Source: Sminthopsis crassicaudata
Lineage: Eukaryota
NCBI RefSeq assembly: GCF_048593235.1
Contig: NC_133619.1
Span: 121,658,454 to 121,722,453 of the forward strand
DNA length: 64,000 bases
Reading direction: 5' to 3'
Shown: piece after piece, positions 1 through 12,835 of the stretch
Position numbering within the stretch: position 1 is the stretch's first letter
Layout: each line of letters starts with the position of its first letter
Translations under genes and position numbers: made by a program
Notes under the pieces: model-generated
What the model saw: the letters and a program-made list of their open reading frames with translations, nothing else
Told to the model about the DNA's origin: nothing
Database searches by the model: none

Positions 1-459
1 TGTAGCAACTATAAAAATGTAAATGAAAAGATTACTAAAAGTAAGTTCAACTCTCAGTGACTTCTGAACTATATAATAGTCTTCAAATAAATATTTCTGC
101 CTCCAATCCAAACTCTTCCATCTTCATTTTATTACCTAAATAATTTTCTAATGTTTTTAGTTTAGGTCATTTCTTCTTAAAAACTGCCAATGGCTCTTTG
201 ATTAATGCAATAAAGCAGAAACTCCTTATTCTGACATTGAAAGTCCTCTATAATCTGTCTTTAACATAGCTATTTTAATCTCCATATATTCTTAGTCAAA
301 TTGAACTATGTTCATGTTATTAACTTGACCTATCTCATCTCCATATTTTTTTCTCATGCTTGGAATGTTCTCCTCTCTTTCCCCATCTCCATTTAAAATC
401 TTTTCCTCCTTCCAAGGCTTAATTCACACCCTATATACTTTAAGAAGCTATCAACTAAA

Positions 460-944
460 TTGATGCTAAATGAAATGAGCAGAACCAGGAGATCATTATA
501 CACAGCAACAAGAGTATATGATGATTAATTCTGATAGGCATAGCTCTCTTCAACAATGAAATGATTCAAACCAGTTCCAATTGTTCAGTGATGAAGAGAA
601 CCATCTACCCCCAGAGAGAGAACTGTGGGAACTAAGTGTGGACCACAACCTAGCGTTCTCACTCTCTGTTGTTGTTTGCTTGCATTTTGTTTTCTTTCTC
701 AATTTTTTTTCTTTCTTCCTGATCTGATTTTTCTAGTGCAGCAAGATAACTATATAAATATAAATACATATATTGGATTTAACATATATTTTAACATATT
801 TAACATGTATTGGACTACCTGCCAGCTAGGGGAAGAGGTGGGGGAAAGGAAGGAAAATTTGGAACAAAAGGTTTTGCAAGGGTTAATATTGAAAAATTAT
901 CCATGCATATGTTTTGTAAATAAAAAGCTTTAATTAAAAAAAAG
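460..944 (+). mobile_element. 5'-truncated L1: ORF2 C-terminus, 3' UTR and A-tail
   Basis: [15 protein letters not shown]-type ORF2 end, marsupial L1 3' UTR with G-rich tract, AATAAA and A-tail. Closely similar to copies at ~35 kb, ~42 kb and ~61.5 kb. Confidence 0.9.
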
Positions 945-1290
945 ATTGTGTGATGATCAACTATTTAAAGATTTGGTTCTTCTCAGCAAATCAGCGATCC
1001 AAAGCAATTCCAATAAACTTTGGATAGAAAATGCCATCTGCATCAGATAAAGAATTATGGAGAATGAATATAAATCAACACATGCTATGTTCACTTCTTT
1101 TTCTTTTTCTTGTGTTTTTTTTCCTCTTGTGGTTTTTCTTTTTTGTTCTGATTTTTCTCTTTCAACATGATTCATAAAAAATTGTGTATTAAAAATTAAT
1201 GACCATGTATGACCAGAAAAAAGAGAAAACAATAAATAAAAAGGAAAAAGAGACAAAAAAGAAAAATCATCCATGAATATGTTTTGAAAA
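945..1290 (+). mobile_element. Older L1 3' end fragment
   Basis: Degenerate L1 3' sequence (tgatgatcaact...cttctcagcaa...tccaataaact) directly after the younger copy. Confidence 0.7.
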
Positions 1291-1505
1291 TACAAGGTTT
1301 TAATTAATTAATTACTTTTTATTAAAGCTTTTTACTTTTCAAAATATATGTGTGGACAGTCTTACTCAGGAAATTTCCTAAAATTTCTGTGAGCACATTG
1401 TCTGGATCTTTTCTTTTCTCAATACATTCTTCCCATTCCCTACATTTCCTACTTTGAAATATATATCTATTTATCTATATCTATATCTTTCTCTGTCTTT
1501 CCAAA

Positions 1506-1507
<2 letters not shown>

Positions 1508-1540
<33 letters not shown>
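1508..1540. repeat. (CA)n microsatellite
   Basis: Direct sequence. Confidence 0.97.
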
Positions 1541-1541
<1 letters not shown>

Positions 1542-1639
1542 AATTTTGTTTTTGGATGAGATGGTGATTTCAATTTCTCTTTGTGGAACTCCAACTACCA
1601 ATGCAGATAGATAAATGCTCTACAATTAACAGTGTTAGT

Positions 1640-1878
1640 TGTTGTTTATTGTTCAGTCATTTTTCAATTTTGTCTGATTCTTTATGAAAACATTAGAAGT
1701 TTTCTTGGCAAAAACACTAAAGTAGTTTGCCACTTCCTTCTTCAACTCATTGTACAGATGAGAGATGGAGGCAAACAGGGTTAAGTGTCCTGTCCAGGGT
1801 CATACAGCTAGAAAGTGCCTGAGAATGAATTTGAATCAGGCCTTATAATCTAGCCACTGAGTCACCTAACTACCCTGA
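1640..1878 (-). mobile_element. MIR/Mar1-type CORE SINE
   Basis: CORE motif (acagatgag...gaggcaaacagggttaagtg...cagggtcatacagctag) and reversed tRNA-like head. Confidence 0.8.
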
Positions 1879-3559
1879 GAGAATTTCTTAAAATATTGAA
1901 AGGTTAAGAAACAGCTATTATGTATCAGAGACTAAATATGAAATCAAGTCTTCTGGTTCAATGATAACTCACTATCTATTATGCTATTCTGCTTCTCATT
2001 CTCCCTTTTACATAGTTGTTGTGTACATGTGATTTCCTCCTTGTTAAGTTGCAATTTCCTTGAAAGAAAGACCAGTGCTTTGTCCTGCACATAAAAGTTT
2101 CTTAGTAAATGCATATTGAATTGAATTCTATATTTCAAATATAACATTTGGGATGTCCTTTCTTTCACAGTTTTGTGATATATTTATTCTAGTGCCATTA
2201 TAGCAAATCTTTCAAGGAAGTTGCAAGAAGTTTTCTATCATATCTTGGGAAGGCAAATTCTCTTCATCTACACTGCTTAAATCCAGGTTGTTTTAAGCAG
2301 TCCACATAATTGTTCCAGGGCCTATTTCTTATTATAAGAAAATGCTGTCTTTCATCATGGCAATTAAACCACATGAGTTCATTCTAAATCCAGATCTTCT
2401 ATTGCTCTAAACAGTTGGTTCCTATGTCAGTATTTTTGACCGTGTGTTTTGTTTTTTAGTGTATCTGTTCCTTCTTGGTCTAAATATCCCACTACATGCC
2501 TAACTATCTGCTCAACACAGAATAAGCAGTGCCATGTGGATGAATAGTAATTTCATGTAGTTTACCCCACTGAGATGCCTGAGCTTTGTTTGCCTAGAAA
2601 CAGATGTTAAAGCATCTGTTTAAACATGAGTTATTGACCTCACAAATTGTACTTGAGGTCTTTCTTACATTATAAATTGAAAAGCCTTGGTTTACCAAAG
2701 TTGTGGGCATATTTTATTGAGAGACAGATTTGGTAGAATATTATGCCAGTTGTATATTATTATTATTACAACAAAGGCTTTCTTTCTGGGTTTTAATTTG
2801 CTAGTCAGCTATGCTTTTGATTGACTAAAGTTTGGAAGTTTACTAACAAAGTTTGAAAATTTACTCCAACATCTTATTGGTATCTTGATACTTAAATGTG
2901 GTTTCATTTACCTTTTCTTCCTAGGATACTTAGTGTCCAAGGGACACAAATTTCAGGAATCATGTAATAGTATGTTTTGAAAAGCCTATTGAGAAGGAAA
3001 ATAGCAAGAAAAAAAGAAATAAAAGGGAAGAAAATTGCATGACATGCTACATTATATTGAATATTTCAAGATTTCTATCTTCCTCTAAAGTCAGACGTTA
3101 GGTGCTCACATAGCTGTAATGATGCAGTACTAGGAGGTTTCATTCCCCCTGCTGATAACTGATTTGCAGACTAGATAGATCTGTACTCTTTCAGATTCCA
3201 AGTATATTTTTCCTCCTGTAGCAATAGTTTCTAGATCCTGGAGATGAAGTATTTTTTAGGTAATTGGTAAGTTGTCACAATATTTCAATTGGTCTAATTG
3301 AATTAAAAGATAGGATCCGGACAAACTCAAAAGCTTCTGTCCCTGGAGATCCTTGGAAGAGATTGATACAGTTATCTTAGAACCCAGGTTTTAACAATGC
3401 TTGCTGATGATGTAATTACTTGATATAATAATATTTGCTACTTTAAAACAAATTGTTTTTATTCTGTAAAATAATGTAATGTTGACTGACAATAGTTAGT
3501 TCTAAGAAGAATGTATTTCTCCTGGGCTGGGGGCTAAGTCCTTTAAATAGAAAGAGGAG

Positions 3560-4095
3560 ATTATGTATAAATCTACTAAGGGATCTAGAAATTTATACAA
3601 TTGATCAAAGTATGGGGTGCTATGAATACAATTTTAATATAAATCAACAGTTTTAGTTAAATTTAAAAAATGAATTTGTAGTGAAGCTTATCCATAGTGA
3701 AACTAATATAGGGGAGTTGAATTACATCAGACTCCAACAATATTGGGGGAAGAGGAGATGTATGTCCTACCTATGGGAATAAGTAATTTTGAATATTATT
3801 AACTGAAATTAACTACAAGAGATGGAGGAAGAAACTATCTATATCCAGAGAAAGAACTGATAAATAGAAGTATATATAGGATGATTTCACACACACACAC
3901 ACACACACACATTTGTGTTTAATGGTAGCCATATTTAGGTTGGAGGGAAGGAAAACATTTAAATTATTACATATTTAATAAGAATAGCAAGTTTTACATC
4001 ATTGATTTGAAGCTTCATGTACAATCATCTTTTTAAAAAAATTATACCATGTTATGAAATACTTGTTTTATTCTAGAAATTAAAAATAAAATTAA
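3560..4095 (+). mobile_element. Old L1 3' fragment
   Basis: Degenerate L1 3' UTR (tatccagagaaagaactgataaatagaag...) with an embedded (CA)n. Confidence 0.55.
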
Positions 4096-4179
4096 AAGTA
4101 AAAAAAAAATTATGATCCTGTCTCAAGTTTAGAACATTCAAAATATAATCATAATGTATTAATATATTTTCAAACTACC

Positions 4180-4895
4180 TGTAAAAATACAGCAATACCT
4201 CCATTAAGTTAATTAGGAGGACACCATTATCAGATAAATAATGATAAACCTTGCCTTGGATAAGCCTTAAAGAATTTGGAAAAGTTGGGAATTCAGGTGA
4301 GCAGTGGACAGGTATAATCTGTAGAAGATACCTCTGCATGTACTGAGAAGCTTTCTCTCTTCTCCTTCCCCAAACAACTATGATACCTTATATATTTGAG
4401 AAAACCAGCACATACTCTCCAGTCAGAGATAGGCACAGAATCAGCATGCAAATGGCATTCAAGGTGGATCTATAGTAGCACAGCTGTCTCTGGACTCAAT
4501 AGTGAGACTGAATGGTGTTGAAGAGGTAGAAGCTGGAAGCCCAACCAAATAACTTGCCTCACTTCATGAAAATTCAACATGCAGAAAAATACTTATAAGC
4601 CTTAGATTACACCTATTTTGTGTGTTACCTTGTTTAAAAGTATTCCATACATGTGCACTTCCCTACTCTTGAGTTTGTGAGAATACACTTCAGATATAAA
4701 GAGGAGGCTTTTTTTTTTTAAAGTTACTGTCCTTATTATACTATCTTAATAAATACCTTTGTTAAAAGCCAATTGTTTGTTGATATCATTGGTAATAGAA
4801 ACATATGAGTCAGAGGTTGTGATCTATAATTTTTAGGAACTAGACTCAAAAGGTTTTTTGAACTTTATGAGAGCTGGCTCCTTGGTCATCCAACA
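4180..4895 (+). mobile_element. Old LTR-like element
   Basis: TG...CA ends, TATA-like gatataaa and AATAAA near the 3' end. No TSD found. Confidence 0.4.
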
Positions 4896-5973
4896 TGTGT
4901 GTGGGTTTAAGTTTGGAGAGTAATCTAGAGGAGGTGCTACACTGAATTAAAAATATTGCTGTTCATTTTTAAAAATCAGAGTTCTAAAGTTTTTCAAATC
5001 AGTTTATCTTTAGAATCTTATTATTTGTATAATTTTTTTGGAGTTTTTTTGGGACACTGATCACTGCATTCTATATCACTCCATAGGAGTTTTCCTGAGT
5101 TTGTCTGAAACTGTTCCTTTCAACTTTTCTTATAGCACAATAATATTCTATTATATTCACACACAATAATTTCAGTCAGCTATTCCTTGATTAATGGGCT
5201 TCCTCTTAGTTTCCTGTTCTTTGCCACTACAAAAAGAGCTATTATAAACACTATTTGTACAAAAGGATTCTTTCTTCTTTCTTTGATCTCTTTGGGGGGT
5301 ACAGTTCTAGTAATGATATTACTGAATCAATGGCAATGTTCAGTAAAGTTTGAACATAGTATCGAATAATTTTAATGATTTTTTTGGTTCCTATTTCTCT
5401 CCTCCCCACTCCCCCGTGATTTCCTTTGAGAGTCTTGACCTTTTGTTCCTTTTGATGAATTTCATTGTTATTTTTCTAGCATTGTAAACGAATTCTTTAG
5501 TATTTTAAGATGTGTAGCATTGAATAAGTGAGCTAATTTGAATAGTGCTATAATTTCTGGTATATTTTCTTGACCTACCCATGAGCAATTTTTCCAATTA
5601 TATAGATGTCTATTGCCGTAAAGACTTTTTTTAGTTGTAAAAACATAGCTCCTGTGTTTATCTTTGCATGTAGATTCCCAAGTATCTTATACATTCTGTA
5701 GTTATATTGGATAGAATTTCCCTTTGTAGTTATTTTTATTTGTTTTGTTGGCAATACACATTAATGTTGATCATTTAAATAGACTTATTTCACATGCTAC
5801 AATTTTGTTGGTTATTAATAGTTTTGATTAATTTTTTGATTTTAAGTAAATCATATCATCAGCAGAAAGCAACAATTTTGAATCATATATGTATATATAA
5901 ATATATATGTATATATGAACATATATATATATATTTGCTCTCTATATACATGGAGATAGAAAGATGTAACTAA

Positions 5974-6122
5974 GGGCAGCTAGGTGATAACACAGTGGAT
6001 AGAGTACCAGCTCTGAAGTCAGGAAGACCTGAATTCAAATCTGGTCTCAGACACTTAACCCTTCCTAGCTGTGTACCCTGGGCAAGTTGCTTAACCCCAA
6101 CTGCTTTAGAGAAAAAAAAAAA
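5974..6122 (+). mobile_element. WSINE1-like tRNA-derived SINE
   Basis: gggcagctaggtg...agtggatagag...ttcaaatctggtctcagacacttaa...A-tail. Confidence 0.9.
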
Positions 6123-6772
6123 GTATATATAAGTATCCCTTAGTTTCTTTTTTTTTTTGTCTTATTATTATAGTTAGAATTTTAACATTATATTAAAGAA
6201 TAGTAGTAATGGAAAGCTGTGTTTTATCTTTGATCTTTTTGGACAAGACTCTAGTTTATTTCTATTACATATAAAAATGGTTCTTGATTTTAGATAGATA
6301 TTATTTATCATCTTAAAGAAACATCAAGGCATTTTTTATGTTTTCTAAGACTTTTTTAAAGACAGAAATTAGTGTTGTATGTTGTAAAAAGCTTTTTTTA
6401 TGAACTTATTGATTTAATCATGATTTTTTTTTACTATTTTTGTTATTAACATAGTCAATCATTTTAATAGTTTTCCTGGTATTAAATCAACCCTGTACTT
6501 TTTGAGATAAATCAAAGCTACACAATCTTTTTTGATATGTTGCATATGTTCTTTGATAATATTTCATTTAAAATTTATGCATCAATATACTTTAGAGATC
6601 TTGGCCTGGGATATATGGAACTCCAAAAGTTATGTAGCTTGATTTCATGGGGTTCATAAATTTGGATGGAAAAACATTACATCTTTCTTGTTATAAGCCT
6701 CTATCTGGAAAGAGAGCATTTCCTCCAATTACATATGGAAGCAACAAACATCAAGTGCTTGTGGTTTTAGCA

Positions 6773-6920
6773 NNNNNNNNNNNNNNNNNNNNNNNNNNNN
6801 NNNNNNNNNNNNNNNNNNNNNNNNNNNNNNNNNNNNNNNNNNNNNNNNNNNNNNNNNNNNNNNNNNNNNNNNNNNNNNNNNNNNNNNNNNNNNNNNNNNN
6901 NNNNNNNNNNNNNNNNNNNN
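6773..6920. other. Assembly gap (148 N)
   Basis: Direct sequence. Confidence 1.
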
Positions 6921-7889
6921 AACTCTTTGTCTATGTTTCTCTGTTTTTACTCATCCTGATTCAGGTATCAAGATCATATTTGTATCACAGAAGGAACCTG
7001 GCAGAATCTTTTCATTTCCTATTTTTACAAATTGCTCTTGTAGTAGTGGCATTAATTGTTCTTTGAAAGTTTGATAGACTTTGCTTATAAATCCATCATT
7101 TCCCAGAGTTTTTCTTTGGGAGTTCATTTATGATTTGCTCAGTTTCTTCTTTTGGGATTGACTTATTCAAATGCTCTATTTCTCATCCTGTTAATCTAAA
7201 TATCTTACACATTTTTCTGTCAAATATTCACATATTTCATTTAAGTTGTTGCATCTATTGGTATGCAGTTGGGCAAAGTAGCTTCTGACAATTTTATTTT
7301 TGTCATTTTTTTCATTCTTGATGTAGGCAATTTCATTGGTCTCTTTAAAGAAATCAAAAAGCTGATTAAAAAAATCTGGTTCCTAGTTTAATAAGTCAAA
7401 TTTTTTTTTATTTTTAATTTTGTTACACTTCTTCAAATTTTTAGGATTACTAGTTTTAGTGTTTAATGAAGATTTAAAATTTTTTTTTCTGGTTTTCTAT
7501 AAAAAAATTTCATGTCAAATTCATTGATCTATTTTTTTTTCTCCCCTCTTTTGATAAAAGTGGTTAGAGCAATGAGTTTTTCCCTAAGGAGTGTTTTTGG
7601 CTGCATCCTACAAATTTTGTTATGTTGTTTCATGGTTATTTATTAATTTCAATGAAATTATTTATGTTTTCTCTAATTTTCCCACCAGTTCTTATAGGAT
7701 TGTTAGTCACCCGTTAATTTTTTATTTTTTCTTCAAAGGTTTTTTTATTAAATATATCTTTTATTGCATATATTGTTATTGAGAGATGGGTCTAATATCT
7801 CTGTAACTGTTTGTAATGATATTATGCTTTTATACACGATCAGGTTTTCTATTTAAATACCATGAACTGTTGAGAATATATACACTCCT

Positions 7890-8040
7890 TTCTTCTTGAT
7901 ATTCAGGCATGTCCAATTCTTTGTGACCCCATGAACTAAACTCTCCATGGGATTTTCTTGGGCAAAGATACTAGAGTGATTTGAACTCTGGTCTTCCCTA
8001 CTCTAAGTCCAGTGCTTTATCTATGGAGCTAACTAGCTGT
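7890..8040 (-). mobile_element. MIR/Mar1-type SINE fragment
   Basis: gtgaccccatg...ttttcttgggcaaagatactagagtg...tttgaactctggtcttcc. Confidence 0.7.
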
Positions 8041-10212
8041 CTCCTTTTTACTGCCATTTAATAATCACAAAAGATCTATCACATTTAACTTTTCTAAAAT
8101 TTGATTCAAGTGTTTATATTCTTTGTTTTGTTAGAATTCTCTAGTTCTAAAAAAATCTTTTTTTCCAAATTTCTCATTTCTTTGCCAATTTTTACTCTAA
8201 TACTTTCATTTATAATATTAATTTTACTTAAAAACAAAACAAATCAAAATGAAATTAACCCAAAAGAAACAAGCAAACAAAAAAAAAACTAAAACTGCTT
8301 GCTTGATTTCTTCTAGGGATTCTAGTTGCTCTTATAGCTAAACTATGTTTTCCTTTAAGGCTTTGCTTATAGATGTTTTGGAGTTATTCATCTTTCCCAG
8401 GCATATATCTGGGCTGTCCCTGGCACCAAAATAATTCTTTATCATGGGAAATTTTCTTGTTTACTCATTCTTCTAGTTTTACTTCCAAAATTTCAATTCT
8501 TTGTTAAGGTTAAGTTTATTACATGTCTAGATAAAACGCCAGGGTCTTGTACCATATTCCTCTGTGTTATCTGGAATCCTAGCATTGCATTCTCTGCTTA
8601 GTGAGTTCTTCAGTGATCATAGGGCAACTTAGGCCAATGTGCTGCAAAATTTTAGTGGGCCCTGAGTGGTCTTATCTAGCTTATAGTCTAAGCTAGACAG
8701 GTTCACTGCCCTCCTGGATTTAGATTTTTAGGATCCAGATATTGGTATGTCTCTAAGTAAGTTTACCTTTGGGACAAACTCCACTTGTCAACTGAATTTT
8801 CCAGTTCTGTCAACTTCTTTATAAGTTCTACAGGTTCAGAGTGGCAGAGCTGTAGGCTCTCCTGGTCTTCTTACCACACCCATCCTAGTCACTTTTCCCT
8901 CAGCTAAATCTTAAAGACAGCTATAGAGTAAAAGTGACCACCCCTGATCTGAGTTTGGACATTGAAACCAGGATTCTAATGTTTTGGGGATCAGAATAAC
9001 AGAGTTTCCATCTTTTTCTCCCACAGTTCATGTTCAATTCACTTAGTTGTGGGCCAAATTTATAATTTTGAGGTGGAAAAATGACCAGTTGAGATTACTC
9101 TCAAGAATGAGCAAGCACTCCTTTGGCTGGTTTTCTTTTAGATCTTTGTCTCTTCTGAAGAGACCTTGTCTTTATTATTTCTGTTATTCTCTCTTCCTCT
9201 GCTATCTTAGCTAGTCTGTTAATGGGCACACTGCTATCTTAGCTAGTCCATTAATGGGCATGCAATATTAATATTTCTCCTCTGGTTGAATGACACAGGA
9301 AAAAACACTTGGACTTATACAAGCTAGAGAACACTGTGTCATCCTTGCACCAAAAATTTTATATAGAATATTAATGAGTTGTATCTGTTATCACATTCAG
9401 AGAGATAATTTTGTCTGCCTTTTAGCCAGAGATAATTTGTAAATGCTATTGGTGAATTTCTAATTACATTGTCTTGGAAGGAAAAGAAATTAGACTGAGA
9501 CATTTACCACTTGGCATAGAAAATAATATTCAAGGATATATATGTAGCATTTTTAGGAAAAGATAGGACTAAGGCTTTTTCTAAAAAGTCAAAACACCTA
9601 TTTTGAAAATGAAAAATTCAATTAGTTGGTGATTTTTTTCCCCAGGGCCAGGCAAAAGTTGTGACTGTATGATTTTTAAAATCAAAATTTGTAAATATTT
9701 TGGAGACATAGCTTGAGAGTTAAGAAACTAGTTTTAATCTATGTGCTTCAGCTGATTTTCTGGTTTAGTCAAACTTCATTTCATAATATCACTGAGAAAC
9801 CTTGACTTGTTTATGAGAAAAGTATTATGCAAGTTCTTATTAATATGCTTGGCCTTGATTTTGCTAAGTAATGTACCAAGAGATATGATTGACAGGCAAT
9901 TGTAGGAAAATCCCTCCCCTTTGACAAAACAACATTCCTCAAAAAGGACAGGGAGCTATTAAATGCAGGAAAATCTTTCAAGCAGGGATCTAACCTATTG
10001 GATAAATAGATGCTGCTTATGGTAGTCAGTCCAAAGGGACTCTCCTCATCTGAGTTTTTTCTTTGTTCTGAAACTCTAAGTACTCCAACCCCAAATACGC
10101 ATAGTTTTTCTTTTATGGATAAAATTACAACAGGAATAAACACCGGGACCACAAACTTGAAAAGGGAATATATACTTTCTCCTCTACTTCCATATTTGAA
10201 AATTTCTAGCCT

Positions 10213-10217
<5 letters not shown>

Positions 10218-10243
<26 letters not shown>
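10218..10243. repeat. Poly(A)26 tract
   Basis: Direct sequence. Confidence 0.97.
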
Positions 10244-11234
10244 GGTCTTTATTGATTCTCTGAATTTCTCCCCTCCCACCAAGTAATTTAAACAATTACT
10301 TTCTATATATTTCCCTCTCCCTATTCTTTCCTTCTCCTCTATCTTTCTGGAATTCAGTACAGTTGGAAGCTGGAAGACCTCCATAGGCTACAGGCCATTC
10401 ATTTGGGCTGTTTGACTGCTCACATGGTTTTAATAGGCTAGGATGCATGTATCACCATACTTTTGTTCCCTTTATTTTTCCCCCACACCATGATTTATTC
10501 ATTAACTACTCCTGAACTAGATCACCTTCAAAATCTTATTTCAGCTCTAAAATTTTAGGAATTTACATCTTTCTATTTGAGTCTGTGTACTTTGAACTAC
10601 AATGACAGAGCAATGTTACTCATAACTTTAAATAGGTTCTGGTCAGTTCTAAATGTAATTGGTTTTTGGTGTCCTTTTGGTCTTGGATTTTCTGATGGAC
10701 CTAGGGTTAGACCTACCTGATCTAATAATACATACCTCTTCTTTAGGAATGCTGATAGAAAAATCATCTAGATAAATCATGAGATGCTGAGGAAGTAAAC
10801 CACAGAATGAGAGCAAATGAGTCTATTTTCCTTTTTGGAGCTCACCAGAGAAAATTGCTTTCCTGAAAAAAATCACTCTCTCCCTTACAAGAAAACAAAA
10901 AGTATCTTTGTCTATAACAACAACAAAACAACAACAACAACTTGAGATTTGAAGTAATTCCTGAGATACTAGAAAAATTATCTATCTGGGTGCTCTTTTT
11001 CACTGATGCAGGTTAAAAACTTTTTAGTTCTTCATAGATTTAATGAGTTGCTATGACCAACATATTTATGAACTAGTAGCTAAACTTCTAGTGAATAAGC
11101 ATCTCCCCATTTAACTGGGTTGGTCATGGATGAGAACAACCCAATCTGATAGTGATGACACCTTTTAATCTTGGTAACATCTAGAGATTTAATTTGCTTC
11201 AATGGAACAAATTTTTAGTAAACATTTACTATAT

Positions 11235-11400
11235 GCAGTATAGTGTAGTAAATAGAGAGTAGGGCTTGGGTTCAAGTTTTATTGACTATGTGACTCTGGG
11301 GCGATCACTTAATCCCTTGTTTGTCTAGGCTACTCTCTAAATCTATAAGTTGTGGAGAAAATACTAATATATATTGTTAAAGAGGAGTTCTGGGATTTCC
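11235..11400 (+). mobile_element. MIR-type SINE fragment
   Basis: tagtgtagtaaatagag...gggttcaag...gtgactctgggcgatcacttaa. Confidence 0.6.
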
Positions 11401-12835
11401 ATATATGGATGAAATCAAAGCTTTAGTTTTTGTTTCTTTTTCTACCATGTGCAATATGCTATACTGGGAATAAGGAATCTACTTCCTGTTTTTAGTGAGC
11501 TTACACTATTCTAGAAACTAATGAAGCTTCTAGCTCATTGTCATAACCTTAAAAAAAAACCCATGAAAAGAAATGAAAGAGGACAGCAGTGGAGGAATTC
11601 CATATAGACATAGACACCTCAGGTTAAAAACAAAATCTTTGGTTTCCTCTCTTTTAAAAAATCTTCTCTTTCCCATTCTTTTCTTTCTATTGCTTCTTCT
11701 CATAAGTACTTTATCATTATTTTCTTTATTCCCTCCAAAACAATGTTTGGAGACTTAATTTTTCAGATTGCTCTTATCTTGGTTGGTTTTTTGACAAATG
11801 ATTGCTTAATTTGCTTAAATGATTTTCATTTGGTTCATATTTAAGTCAACAAGTATTTATTAAATTCCTACTGTGTGCAAGACATTGTACTAAATTTTAG
11901 GGGAAAAGGATTTTAAAATGACAGTCTCTGCTCCAAGGAGCTTATATTGTACTGGTCTTTTTGCTTTCACGGTCTTCTTAATTGGCTAAAATTTGGTTGA
12001 TATATTATGAATTGTCTTTCAAAATCTAAAAAAATATTTTATTGCACCTTTAAGTCATAACTGTCGTTAAGGTGATTAATTTTTCTTTTATCCTTAAAGA
12101 AGCCCCAATATAGTGAGGGGAGGGGAGAGATGACAAGATTAGACCTATACTCTAGGAATATCTTTTTGACAGCTAAATAGAAGAAAGGATACGGTGAGGA
12201 GAGACTTATGGTAACAAGATTATTCGATAAAATATCACTTATCCATTTTGGTCTGTTATGGGAAAACACTTCATCTATATTGTTTGAACCTAGATGTACA
12301 ATGGCTAGAATTTGTCTAAAATTCAAAACTTATAATAGAAGTTAAGGCTTACCTTGAAAATTCTTCAAAGTATCCAGGCAGATGCTTAGATCTCATCCAA
12401 ATCTTGGATTGGGTTTATGTTTATGTTTTGGGTAACCGAAATTGTAATGAATGTTAATACATATAGGTAATCTACATCTCTGCCCTTTTCTAGAAATTGA
12501 CTAAGTGCCATTTGTATACTAGTAATTTTGTCTAAGCTCTATATAATATAAACCGCACAAAGGCTTGAAGAGTGAGCTACACCTTTCAAACTCTTTCCTT
12601 TGCCAAATAATATTTAAAATAATCTTCCTAAAACTTTTTTTTTATGTTTTAGAGTTTGTTCTCAGCTAATTCTATCTTTCTATCTACCTATCTATCATTT
12701 ATGTATCTTTGACTACCATGCAAACAAAACCATAAACAATATTCATCAGAGCTAGGACTCAAGCCATCATCTTCCTGATTCTGAGGACATTATTCATTCC
12801 CTATATCATTATTACTTTTTATTGTATGTACTAAA

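Larger units (their letters stand above)
5030..9050 (-). mobile_element. Large old L1 in antisense, fragmented by SINEs, a MITE-like insert and the N gap
   Basis: T-rich antisense L1 ORF2-like blocks at ~5030-5870, 6135-6600, 6921-7885 and 8040-8550, then 5'-region-like sequence. Confidence 0.7.

Noticed and set aside
625-933. 102-aa ORF, and similar ones at 35042, 41907 and 61464
   Set aside because: These are translations of L1 3' UTR sequence repeated across the window, not genes.
6647-7066. 139-aa ORF
   Set aside because: It is only open because it runs through the N gap into antisense L1.
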